Assembly: GCA_001244265.2 (NCBI GenBank)
Contig: CDLV01000012.1
Span: 186,001 to 250,000, forward strand
Direction of reading: 5' to 3'
From: Microbotryum violaceum
Lineage: Eukaryota
DNA: 64,000 bases
The position numbers and the translations under genes were made by a program. This document shows, one piece after another, positions 39,966 through 51,399 of this stretch; the stretch's first letter is position 1; every line of letters starts with the position of its first letter. A model generated the notes under the pieces. That model searched no databases. It was not told where the DNA came from and was given only the letters and a program-made list of their open reading frames with translations.

Positions 39966-40063
39966 CACTTGCAGCAATACCTTTCATGTAACTTGCGTGT
40001 AATTGACTCGGTGAAACACCAGAATGAAGAGCAGGGACGTGGCTGGAACGTGGCAGGCGCTGC

Positions 40064-41186
40064 TCACTGATCGGAAGCGCAATGACGGACCATGCGGGTC
40101 GCGAGATGGAACAAGTTGAGCTTGCGCTCCTCACAAACGTCCCTCATGGGATTCCATCCCAAGTCGTCAATCTCGGCAAAGCCCGCATCATACACATGCT
40201 CCCCGTATCGACACAGTTCGAGGTGTTTTAGCGAGGGTGAGAACGAGTCGGTTTGCACGAGGGATAGGGTGTATCTGGCGAATGCGGTGCTATTCCGTGG
40301 AGACTCCATCCCAATCACGAACTCGAGTGTTCGCAATTTCTTCGTGTTTGAAACTTCCTCAATACCGACAGAACGCGTTTGTTGGCGGTATCGCAACATC
40401 GATGGGGAGCCGACGAAGCTTGCTTAATCGAGAGAAATAGAGCTGCTTCCTCGAGAACGAGATAGTGCTCGGCTCGTCGTTGTGGAGTAACCTGGTGTGT
40501 CTTTGTAGAAGCGGCGGTAACATAGTACTGGAGGACCGTCCTTGCTACTGCACGCCTTGTTCGACCCTTCATCGTCGTTTTGGGCCGGCCGAAGGTCGGT
40601 TCCCACGTGCTCAGTGCCCATGGCAGGGCTTCGTCTGCATGGAAGATCGTCGTCCTTTTCACCGAACACAGATAGCAATTGGATGTAGTATTTGAACCTA
40701 CCAGCGACTAAAGAAAAGTTTGAGGGTCGTCACTCCTGCCAACCGTGCCATACGGTGCAGTGGACGGTGTGAGCATCAACGGTCGATTCGCGCACCCGGT
40801 AAGTGAGGGTACATATGACCGCATATGACCCCGCCCATGCGAGTGATGATCTTGCAGACCACTCTCAAAGAAGAAAGCAAATTCGAGACACTTCCCAAAG
40901 CTAAGATTCGCGGGCTCGTGTCCGTGGGACATACCTTGTTTGAGAGCTTTGACTTCATCGCGGCCGACTCAGCCGACCCGACTTGACCAAAGAGAGCGCC
41001 TGAGCTTCGTCTTTGATGCGAATGAAAAATAGAGCAAAGTTTTGTGCGACGTCGAACCAGATTTTATGCACCAGAATAAGATGCAGGAACGCCGAAACGC
41101 CTTGGAGCCACAGTGCACGCGACAACGGGCTGCGCTTCGGCATAGTTGTCGCAGAATGCGATACAGCAACTCGACAGGCAGCTCAT
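40064..41186 (-). pseudogene. Degraded F-box-like gene
   Basis: ATG 41186 is out of frame with LPVELLYRILRQL. A second frame shift leads to FLHLILVHKIWFDVAQNFALF. Further broken fragments end at LKHLELCRY...CEERKLNL. Confidence 0.45.
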
Positions 41187-41232
41187 GTTGAAATCAGCGA
41201 TGATCCCGAAATGATCAACAAAAGAAGAAGAA

Positions 41233-41305
41233 CGGCTGGACCAGGTGTCGAACCTGGGTCGCTTCCATTCATTGGAAAAGCTTTGACCAACTAAGCTATC
41301 CGGCC
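41233..41305 (-). tRNA. 73-nt tRNA-like gene with non-canonical anticodon loop (pseudo-tRNA or SINE head)
   Basis: GGCCGGA TA GCTT AGTTGGTCA AAGC T TTTCC AATGAAT GGAAG CGAC CCAGG TTCGACA CCTGG TCCAGCC G forms a full cloverleaf with A and B boxes and a downstream TTTT. Confidence 0.75.
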
Positions 41306-42051
41306 CCTGATATCAGTGCAAGGTCTACTAACACCTTCAACAGCTCATCGATGGTGATCGTGGGGAGCGCCATACAGCGTGAAGTAAGAGAAAGAGCCTC
41401 AGTAGGAAGGGGGTTGTCGTGGTCGAGCAAGGGGCTTCCTGGCTCAGATTGCGGCCGAAGTCATGCTCCCGGCGTCACCGGAAACTCTAGGAGCTCTGCT
41501 GCGCTCGTCATGTGTTCAATGGTCAGTGGCTCCTGCAGTCATCACGCAGTGAGGGAATTGAGACCGACTTAGAGAAGGATGTACTCTGAAGTCGAAAAAA
41601 CCACCTGTCCAAGGCGGATTCAGGGACTGGTCTCCCACTATCCGCGAAACCGAGACGGTCTCTCACTAGATCCCCTATCTTGAATTGCCCGTGGGCGGGA
41701 TGATCGTCTCTATCACTCGCACACACACCGAAGAAAAACAATTTGAAAACCATCGACGAAGTGGGTCCGCACATGAACACACTGCGAATGGAGGGTCACC
41801 TTGCGCAAAGTTGTCTTTTAAAGGAATCTATAAATTACCGAACGGGAAAACGAAGGAAGGGTGTAGCGCTTTCCGACACGGCCCCAGGACCAAATCAGAG
41901 GGCGACGGTGAACAAGGAAAAACTGCGAGACGCTAGAGTGCTAAAATACGACGAAATGGTTGGGGGGGGGGGGATTGGAACGGACTAACTACGAGACGTC
42001 GGGAAATATGACAACAAAAGATGCCTCCACTGATGGGTGCGAGAGTGCATG

Positions 42052-45000
42052 CTAGGTTTGCAACCCGACATCTTCAGCAGGCTCATCAAATAGCGCGGGT
42101 TCATCGAATGGCGCGGTCTCATCGAATGGCGCCGGCTCATCGAATGCGAAGAGGAAGCCTTGCGCCTTGAGTTGCTCCACACAAGCCTGTCCGACATCGC
42201 TTCGGTCTGTCAATATAGCGAGTTGCCGTCAGTTAAGGATTACGTAGACGCGGACCATCCATGTCGAAGCACGTACGATGTCGTTGCAAGGCATCGAGGC
42301 GAACAAACTCTCTTTTGCAAGGCTCGCAGCTGTAACGTCTGCGTTATCGAAAGGACGAGCGAAACAGGTGATAAGTAAAGGAAAGCAAAGCAGAGGAGAC
42401 CAGATTCATGAGCAACACACCTGAGATTGAGATGCAGCAACTCGTGACGCTTGCAATCGTGCGACCTGGCAAAGGCCTTGTCACATCCAGGGTGGTGACA
42501 TATGAACGGCTTCTCATTCCGATGCGCCCGCTGGTGGCCACGGAGATTGTAGCGTCGCGTGAACGTCTCCCCACAAAGATCGCACACGAACTTGGCCTGC
42601 ACGCCGGGATTGCGTCGCCGCATTGCGGCTTGGATCGTGGCCATCGTCGTCTTGCTTTCAAGAGAAGGTTGGGTGCCCCTTCGACGCCCTTCAAGCAAAT
42701 GTTGGCCTCCACCATCGCTGACCGAGCTCTGGCTGGACCGCCGTTCCTCGGTCCAAGCTGATGGAGACGCGACGGGGGACTGATGGAATTGTGGCGCATG
42801 CTGGGGCCCCAGAAAGCTGTTGCTGGTCGAGGACGATCCACTCGCGGTCCGTTCCGGTCGGTAGTCTCCGCTCCTTTTGCGTGAACTGTCAACGGAGGAA
42901 GTCCTCGACCCACGTCCTGACCCGTCTCTCGCCACCGCGATTCTGGCCAGAGTAGCCGCATCGAATGCACTGAAACTACCCCGTGATCCTTCCGCAGATC
43001 CATCCAAGCCATCGCCTTCTTGGCCAGGGGACCCGTCGTGATAACCGGTATGACTTCTCGATCTCCGATGGTTGGCCCCCGTTGCCCGGGCTTCCGCACG
43101 GGCGGTCTGGTCGAGCAACCCAGCTTCTTGGTACCCGGGCGTGCCCACGAACGGCCTCCTGGCACTGACGCTGTGGCGACTCCGCTTGTCGAGTGAATGC
43201 TGTCGAGCGGGGTCGGGGGTGAAGGCATCGAAGCCGTCGAACACGGGCGTATTCAGATACTCGTGCATGGCTGGTGGGGCCACCGAAGTCTGTAACGCAT
43301 CGAGCGGATTCATCGCCATTGGTGGTATTGTCGTGGATTGGGGCCAGAACATTGGTAGCGGGGCCGCGCTCATCGTTGGACCCGGCACGACGAACTGGCC
43401 TTGCCCACCGGGGGCCAAGCTCGGGTAGAAGTATGCGTAGGGTGCAGCCGTAGGCCCAGCCCCAGTTGAAACGGGAGTCAAACCCAGGATGGGGAATTTC
43501 GAGGCCGGAGGGTAGGCGGAGGTCGGTGATATCGCTGGATCGGACTGAGATCGCTTGCGCATCGGTGGGGGTTGGTACGGGGCGAGAGATGGACGAAAGG
43601 ACGAGTTGTTGGGCGGCTGGGGCGAATATGACAAGGGTAAAGTCGAGGATCCAGCGGCCGACGAGGACCGGGCGAGGGACTCGGCTGCTGTGGCACCTTG
43701 GTCTGCAGAAGCTGGCTGAGGCGGAGGAAATTGCCGGGTCCCAGGTGCAATAGGCCGTGGGGTAAAGTCGGAAAACAAAGCGTTCTGTTGACGAAGACAC
43801 AAAATGAAGCGCAGGATCCAAGTCAGTCCTCAGATGCCCGAACTGGACCGTCCGCTTCAAGGTTCGGGATGAGCTCACCTGATCGGCCTTGGCGGGCCAT
43901 TCGTTCATCCCCAACATCCTTTCAAGCTCGAGAGTGGGCTGCCCTTTCTCCTTGGGTCGAGCCGTGTGAGGGGTTGGCTGGGTGATGTTGAAGGAAGGTC
44001 CGTCACTCGGGATCGCCAGTGGTGTCAAGGCCGGAGGAGAGAAGCGATAGTCGGACATCGCGCCCGAGGCCGGGGGCGACTCTGAGAGCATCCCCGAAGC
44101 GAAAAGCACGCCGGGGGAGGCCTTACCCCTGTTGAAACTGCCGGTCCCCGATCGCGGTGCACTCGAAGGCCTTCTCGAGGTTGCAAGCACGGTCGCTTGC
44201 TCACGTAGTCTAGTGAGGTCGGCCAGCTCCGTCTCCGTCTCCTGACGTGTGGGGCTCATCGATGAGGAAGGCCGAGAGCGCGAGCTTGCACTCCCACGTG
44301 CGCTGGCCTTGGCACTCGCATTCGCACTAGTACCTGCACTGCCACCATACTGGAATGGCGACTCGCTCCTCGTGCGGTCTGCGATGACGGGGTCGAAGTC
44401 GAAGTCAAAGTCCATCTGGGTCCCCGAAGCTGGGGCACCGGATGTGGAGCCTGCGACCGAGTCACCTGCTTCACTCGGTGCATACGATGAAGCCGCATCG
44501 TCATGGTCCGCCGAGCGATCGCGGTACTGAGATCCGGACGATGAGTAGGCCGAACTCGGGTCGTTCGGGGTGAGGAAGGGGAGCGGCTGGAAGACGTCCT
44601 GGTTGCTCAACTCTTGCTGGTAGTAGTAATCAAACGCCGAAGGTGGGCCACGACCTTGCATAGCCGAGGTTCCCGACTCGTTGTTGTAAGACGAGGGCTC
44701 GGAGAAGTGGTCGTGGTTGAACTGAGCCGACGACTCGTAGGATCCGACGAACGATCCGGCATAGGACGGCGTGCCGAAGGCGTAGGCGCTATCGAGCGGG
44801 AATGCGGCATCATCGAATGCATTTAGGTCGTACTGCTGCTGCTGCTGCTGCAGGTGTTGCTGTTGCTGCTGCTGAAGTTGGTGCTGGTGGTGCTGGTGCT
44901 GAAGCTGAAGCTGGAATTGCTGCATCTGCTGCATTTGCTGCTGCTGGTCATGCTGCTGGAGGCTGTACTGGTGCAGGGGCATCGAGGCCGAGCGCGAGGA

Positions 45001-45375
45001 TGACGGGTCCGGGGAAGACGTGCTGGCGAACGAGATTGGCAGAGGCGAGGAGCCGGTCGAGCCGTTGTTCCTGTTGTTCGACGACGACGACGACCCCGCC
45101 GCGGTCATGTAGCTGGTCGACGACAGATCTCCGCGGCGGAGCACGTTGATAATGTCGTCCGAGGTCAAGCTGGCGCCTCCGCTGGTGCGGTCAGGCTGGA
45201 CGAGTGACGACAGCGAAGGGAACGAGAGCGTAGGCCCGACCTGAGGCGCCCCGTGTGCTGCTGATGAGTGAGCGTGCTGCTGCTGCATCGACGACAAGCT
45301 ACCGGAGAAGGCCGGGTTCGCTTTGTTTATCATCATCGTGTGTCGAAGCTGCGACAGCTCATCATCCGGGCCCAT
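42052..45375 (-). CDS. CRZ1: Crz1-family C2H2 zinc-finger transcription factor
   Basis: FVCDLCGETFTRRYNLRGHQRAH, PFICHHPGCDKAFARSHDCKRHELLH and YSCEPCKREFVRLDALQRH. Poly-Q tract, Ser-rich region and PxIxIT-like PSFNIT (43981-43998). Confidence 0.8.
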
Positions 45376-46753
45376 CGTAGCAGTCTGGCCAAAGTCACGG
45401 AGGTGGCCCCCACGGATGGCGATCGAGAGAGTGGGGACGGGGAACGGCGGCGAGATGAGGCGAGAAACAACTCTCGCGCTGACCCGGTCCCAGTAGTCGG
45501 CCGCTCGCGCTGTCGCCTCAGGCTGCCGTCTCCTGCCGTCTCCTGCCGTAACCTGTAGTAACCTGCCTTCGCCGGTGGCCTGCTGCCTGTGTGCCAGCCA
45601 GCTGGTGCCAGAGGGTGCCAGACTCAAATCGGGCCTGCGGGCTTGGGTTGGGGTCCCGTCAACGACTAGTAGTAGCCGCGCTGTCGGGCAGGTCAGGGCG
45701 CGAGCAGGCACAGCTGTACCGAGCCTTGAACTCTCTCGAAAAGTACAGCAGTAGTGTCGCCAGTGCAGCCCAAAAAGCTTGTAGAAGGCGGAAAATGCTG
45801 CCCGAGCTTAGGAGGCAACTTGACCCCTGGCTTGGGCATGAGCGCAAGAGCCGAGACCCGGCTCGTTGGCTATTAACTTATAATCATAAACAATTTCACC
45901 GATTGCTGTAAGACCGAACTTGGACCGCCTGGCTCCTATATGAGGCGGGGATGTAGGTACATCCCGCTGCGGCATTGCCAAACGTTGAAAATTTCGCAAT
46001 CGAACGGCGGAGCCGAGGGTGCCCTTTCCCTCACCGCCCGCTCGGACCCACGAAAGCTGCACTCCGAGTCCTCTTGCGCTCTGCAGTGGGTTGCACGAGG
46101 TGAAATGATGAGGGATCAGGTATCTGACTACTTATAATTAAGTACCCGAGAGCTGCTCTAGCGCTCGCCCAAAGTCATCGTGGGTTGGTTGACATAGCAA
46201 CTAGGTATTTCGTCAGAGAGAAGGCGGATCCCGTGCACGTTAATCGCTTCCGCGGGCCGCCCCACACCCAAATATATGACGCTGCTCAAAGCGATGCAGG
46301 ACGTCAGTCCAGACGGTGCTTTTTCCCTTCGATTGCCGAAGTGGGGCGATGTTAAGTCTCTTTTCCGAAGTAGCGTAAGCGAAGCTACTGCAGTACCTAG
46401 ATAGTATGCTAGCTCGTGATTCTCGCACGCATGTTGGGTGAATAAAAAAAATCGCGTTACTCCTGGCGACGCCCCGTTCAGTTCAACTGCCCGATGAGTC
46501 GCGACCGATCACCGATCCATCGAAGCGTTTTGGGCAGTGATAAGAGACCACAGGCTTCAATGTGACTGTGGAAGCTCGATAGGAACATGCGAACCAATAA
46601 TACACGATGTGGCGATTGCGAATGCCAGTAAAGCAATGCGGGTCCGGGAATGATGCTACAACGGCGCGTCACGGACCTTGGAGGACCGAGCTCGCACACG
46701 TGCACGACATATCGTTCAGGAGACGGCAAGTTGACATGCTGAGGCAAGCAGGC

Positions 46754-47838
46754 CTAATCTGAATCAGTGCAGAACCCGTCGTCCTTCACGGCCATGCCTG
46801 GAACGACGCCGCGTTGCCGGACCACGGGGCCGCCTGGAGGGAGAGAAAGGTTTGTCAGATCCAGACCCACATCACCCGACTATGAACGCTGTCAAGAACC
46901 AGTATCGCCGCCTGGAGTCACTGACCAGCTTGTGGGGGCATTCTTCGCTTCTTGGGGGAGTCGCTGAGATCTTTGGACCGAGCCAAAGCCGATCGACCTT
47001 CTTCATGGAGTTGTTCGATCGTGGCTTTACTCTTGCTCAACTCGCTTCGGACCTGATCCAGCTCCGCTCTCAGCTTTTCCAGTCGCTCCTTGACACGTGC
47101 ACATTCCACAGCGTCCTTCGTGACCTAAGTCACTCCCAGGCTTTTTTTTTTACGTTAGAGCATTGCGTTTCCAGCGAAGTCAACTTGTACGATCGCCTCA
47201 CCTCGAGTCCAAAAGTGACAAAAGAAAATGGCAGCGGTGGCAGCTCGCAAGGTTCGAGGTCGACGTAGACCGCCAGCGAAGGAGTGATTTGGATTGTGAG
47301 CTGTAGGAAGAGGATTTATCAGATAGAAGAAATGATTTCGAACCGAAGAGTTTGCCACTCGCCTTGATCGTACCGCGTAAAGAGGGACTGCTCCGGGCAG
47401 CCGTGTAGCCGTCGACTTTAAGCTCCCCGTCGACGAAACTCGTACGGATGCGGGAAGGCATATCATGCGCCGGGACTGCTGATCCATCGATCTAAGGGTT
47501 CAAGGACCCCATCAGACAATAATTCTGTAACGTCAGTGCCGAGCGTGTTCCCAGTCAAAGCTCAACAGTCCTCATGTACGGACCCGCATTGCCGCCTTGG
47601 CCTCCCCAGCTGTGTACACGGCTTCCCACCAGAGGTCCTTGCCTTCCGCAGATCCATCGCCGACTCGGGTGCCTGCTACAACAACCCATTCGACATCCTT
47701 GCAAGTTCCCTTTGGACCGCCCGTTCTGTGGCGCAACGTAGAGAGCACGAGAAACCCCGAGCCTTTGCGCTCCGAATAGCACGTCTGCTTCAGATTGCTA
47801 AGGTCGTCCAAGTTGATCTCGGGTGACGAAGCAGACAT
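46754..47838 (-). CDS. Hypothetical 253-aa protein (head domain, coiled coil, basic/acidic tail); exons 47838-47584, 47491-47363, 47300-47202, 47124-46926, 46833-46754
   Basis: Five exons join in frame (762 nt) through three GT-AG introns and one GC-AG intron. Coiled coil ERLEKLRAELDQVRSELSKSKATIEQL. Confidence 0.7.
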
Positions 47839-50800
47839 GGGGCGTTGGGATGATGACCCCAAAGATGAAAGGGGTAGACTATGCCCAGAGCGGGACGGCC
47901 AATCGCGCGTGCTACAGATGTCTGTGTAAGGCGAGCGCTGAGCTCCAGTGGCGCGCGTCGGGGACCGTCGCGTCGCGTTGCGCTCTCAGATCTCAGAATC
48001 TCAGGCCTCAGGCCTCAGGCACGTGACTCGGGTGTTCAACACGGCGGGGAGGGCTCTCAGAAGTCCTGAGTCGTAGTTCTACTAGGTAGAGTTCTTTCCG
48101 GAGAATTCGGCTCGACTACCAAGTTCATTCCCATCGTAGACACATTATAACGCTGCGAAGTATATTTGAAACGAAGTGCGTACATAGATTTAACTGGTCC
48201 GTCGCTGGCAAGTTCGGCCGCTAGTACCGGACTCCTAAGCCCAAACTAACATATTATCGCACTCCCCTATCCAGGCACCGAATGACCTACCTACATCCCT
48301 TAGATCCCTAGGTAGATAAAGTTACCGAATCTGCGCCATTATCTTTGCCACAAAACGAACACTGATGCCTCTTGCCATGCCAGGGTTTCCGAGCGCAAGC
48401 AGAAGCCCAGGGTCGGCGATCATCGATGTTCCTGACGGCACCCGCGCCTACTGCCGTTTGCGATCAATTCCCGCCGAACGGGTAACCGTCCCGCCGACGA
48501 TCTTTCCAATCGGCACGACACAGGTTCGCCCGTCGCATGGATTGCAACCGAAATGAGCGAAGCTCACTGGACGAGCAGGTGAGCTAGACGGGCTGTGGCA
48601 GGCAGACACCTACCCAGGTAGACATGATAGGTAGGTAGATAGTACTGAGTAGGTGCCAGTGGACAAATCGGGACCCATTTCAGCCGCATCGGCTTCGTAC
48701 GCCACTGCAGAGTTTGCCGACCCTCAAGAACCTGCGGAGCGCGCGCGAAACAGTTTAGGCTGTAACGAATTCACAACAAGGGCTCTAATTCGATTATGCA
48801 ACTATAGCCTCTTGGCTGGTTGGACGAAAAGTCCGAGTGCGCGAGAGTGCGCCCGTCTTTTGCCTCCCCGGCCGCGTCGCGTCGTCTGTGCCATCATTGT
48901 CATTATCCTACATTCTCGCTTGTGCCAGCTTCGACGAAATGTATCTAGACGATCCGGATATCGAGCTCCTTGACGATGATTTCAAGCGCTGGTCAATAGT
49001 CGTGTCCCAGTGCCCCGTCTTTGACCATGCTTCGTCCCGGTCGGCATGAGGCATAGTGTGGTACTCGGGATCCCGTCGCGTGCAGCACAGTCGGAAATGA
49101 GACTCCTGTTGTCGGAAATGAGATGGGACTCCTGATCGTTGTGGAACTCGGGTCACGCGGGCGTCGGCCAATTCGGTGGTCTCGGGGATCGGGCTGGAGT
49201 CGCCTAGTCGGGAAGCGCAGATGCGGCTAACTCGGCCTAGCGCCACATGAGCGGATAAAAGTTCAGAGCAAGGGATAGCGTGATCAGGACGAAGTATGGC
49301 GTGATCAGAAGGCCGAGTGTCGTAAAAGAGGAGGAAGCCGGCCCGGAGGGATTGGAGTGTCCTGGCGCCGGAGGGGAGTTTGCTTTTTGTTCTTAGCTAG
49401 ACGACTTCTAGGATCCAATACAGCATCTTAGTTGGTTCTCACTTTCTGTGTGTTTCAAGTATCATCTCTCGTCTCCAGTATCCAGTCTCAGCGTTTCGTT
49501 CTCGTTCTCGGTCTCGTTTCTCGGTTTGAGCCCCTCTCTTGTCTCTCTCGTCTTCGGTCTCGGTTCCATCGTTTTCCCTTATCATTCCATATCATCTTTG
49601 ATCGAGCGCTTTGCTATACCATAATAGCGGTCTCTTAAAGTCGTGACATCCATAATGATTGCTCCGAAATGCTGTATGACAGCCTCAGATGATCGAACGC
49701 AATCGTGTATCCTTTCTCGAGCGGTGGGGTCGATGACCCTGCGCGGACGAAGTGGCTGCATTCCAGCCATCAATGCATGATCGACCCACGAACGGTTGTG
49801 ATACTCGCTTTACCCGTTCACATGCGAATCTTGCATCAAACTCCGGCGCCCATTTCGTACCCATCCAAGCCGAGCGACGACATATTGTATCCCCTGATGC
49901 GACTTGGTCTGCTCACTTACCTGCGACATTTCAGAGCGCCCAGCTGCCATGTTGCCTGTCTTGCACCTCTCGAGGCAGTTCCGGGTTGCTCAGCCATGAG
50001 TCCCTTATACTCGTCTTCCCTGTCTCTTTGTTCACTTTTTCGAGACATCAACTGGCATCATACAAGATTCTCAATCTCACCATTCTCATGTGCCTGTGTT
50101 TGCGCGTCAGTTTCACAATTTCGGTACCCCTATCCGCCTGAATGTCGGAGTGTCGAAGCAATTCTCGACCGAGTTATGATGGGCCATCGAACACGATCCT
50201 TGTCTCTCCGCTGTCCGACACTACCTCATCACCTCGTTCAAGTGATTGAAATCCACAATTCACTCACTCACTTCAGGTAGTTCTTTCAACCCTTCCACTG
50301 CACCGCGGTGGCCCCGGGTAGTACTCGACTCGGACTCCACCTGAGTCGGCCGGGTCATCAATCCCAAGTAGCGTAAGTCATGGGTCCTCGGATCCGGTCG
50401 CATTTGATTGAGAGTGTTCACGCTGCAGTGTCCTACGACTTTGACTTCCATTCGACTCAACTTCTATCGGCACCCGGACAACCGGGCACGCTTGCAGGTT
50501 TGGGGGCCGCCGTCCCCCGGCTCCGAGTCCTTCGCGTCCGCGATGCACTGACTTCGCGAGAGTGGTACCGCCGTCTGCAGAACGCTTCACCCAGTGAAAG
50601 TAGGTATTTTCGATGCATTTCATCAACTGTACCGGCATAGAGACCTGTTTTGCCAATTCCCTGTGTCCCTCTAACAATGAATTGAAAACTCTCGACACGC
50701 GCAGCATTATGCAAATAGCTGAGGCCGAGAGATTTCCAGCGATTCTCGGTCTTGGCCGTACTTTGGTCATCGTCCTCTTCGCTTGCGCTTACCGGTATCT

Positions 50801-51399
50801 ACTTGCCTCGCGCGTTTCACTCGTCGCACACACATCTTCACGACATCACTCTCGACTTCCCGCCCTCGGCGACCCTCGATCTCCCTCGAATGGCGCTCAA
50901 AAGGCGCCCTCACTCGAGTGCCTCGCCTGTTCGGGGGTGGCAAGCGCCGCAACGTTCCCGACGTGAGTCGTGCCGAGCCGTGTTCACAACCGTCCCAACC
51001 GTCCAATTGCACGACCTGCAACGTTCAGCCACCGCTGGACACGTCAAGTGACACCGCACTCGCAAGTTGCATCGCTATACTGTGTGCTAAGTCGAAGGGG
51101 ACGAACCGCTGACGACATGTTGGGTGACGGCCTGTTTGAGGTCACAGTTCCGTGAGCAGCGTACGCCCTCACCGTCGTCGACATCGTCATCAACATCAGA
51201 CTCGTCGTCCAAGTCAAAGCTGTCGAAGTTCCCACAGTCGTCACAGTCGTCAAAGTCGTCGTGGCTCTCGTCATCACCCTCCCAGTCGATATGGCCCTCA
51301 TTGCCACCGTCAAAGTCGTCTTGGCCCTCGATACCACGGTCAACGTCGTCTTTCCTTAGGTCGAACACACCGTCTTTGGTTTCTTCAACAGTCTCACCG

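Noticed and set aside
41233-41305. Selenocysteine or suppressor tRNA
   Set aside because: The anticodon position reads UGA, not UCA, and there is no long variable arm or extended acceptor stem.
45376-45711. Non-AUG N-terminal extension of the Crz1-like ORF
   Set aside because: An open frame is expected in a GC-rich leader and there is no supporting motif.
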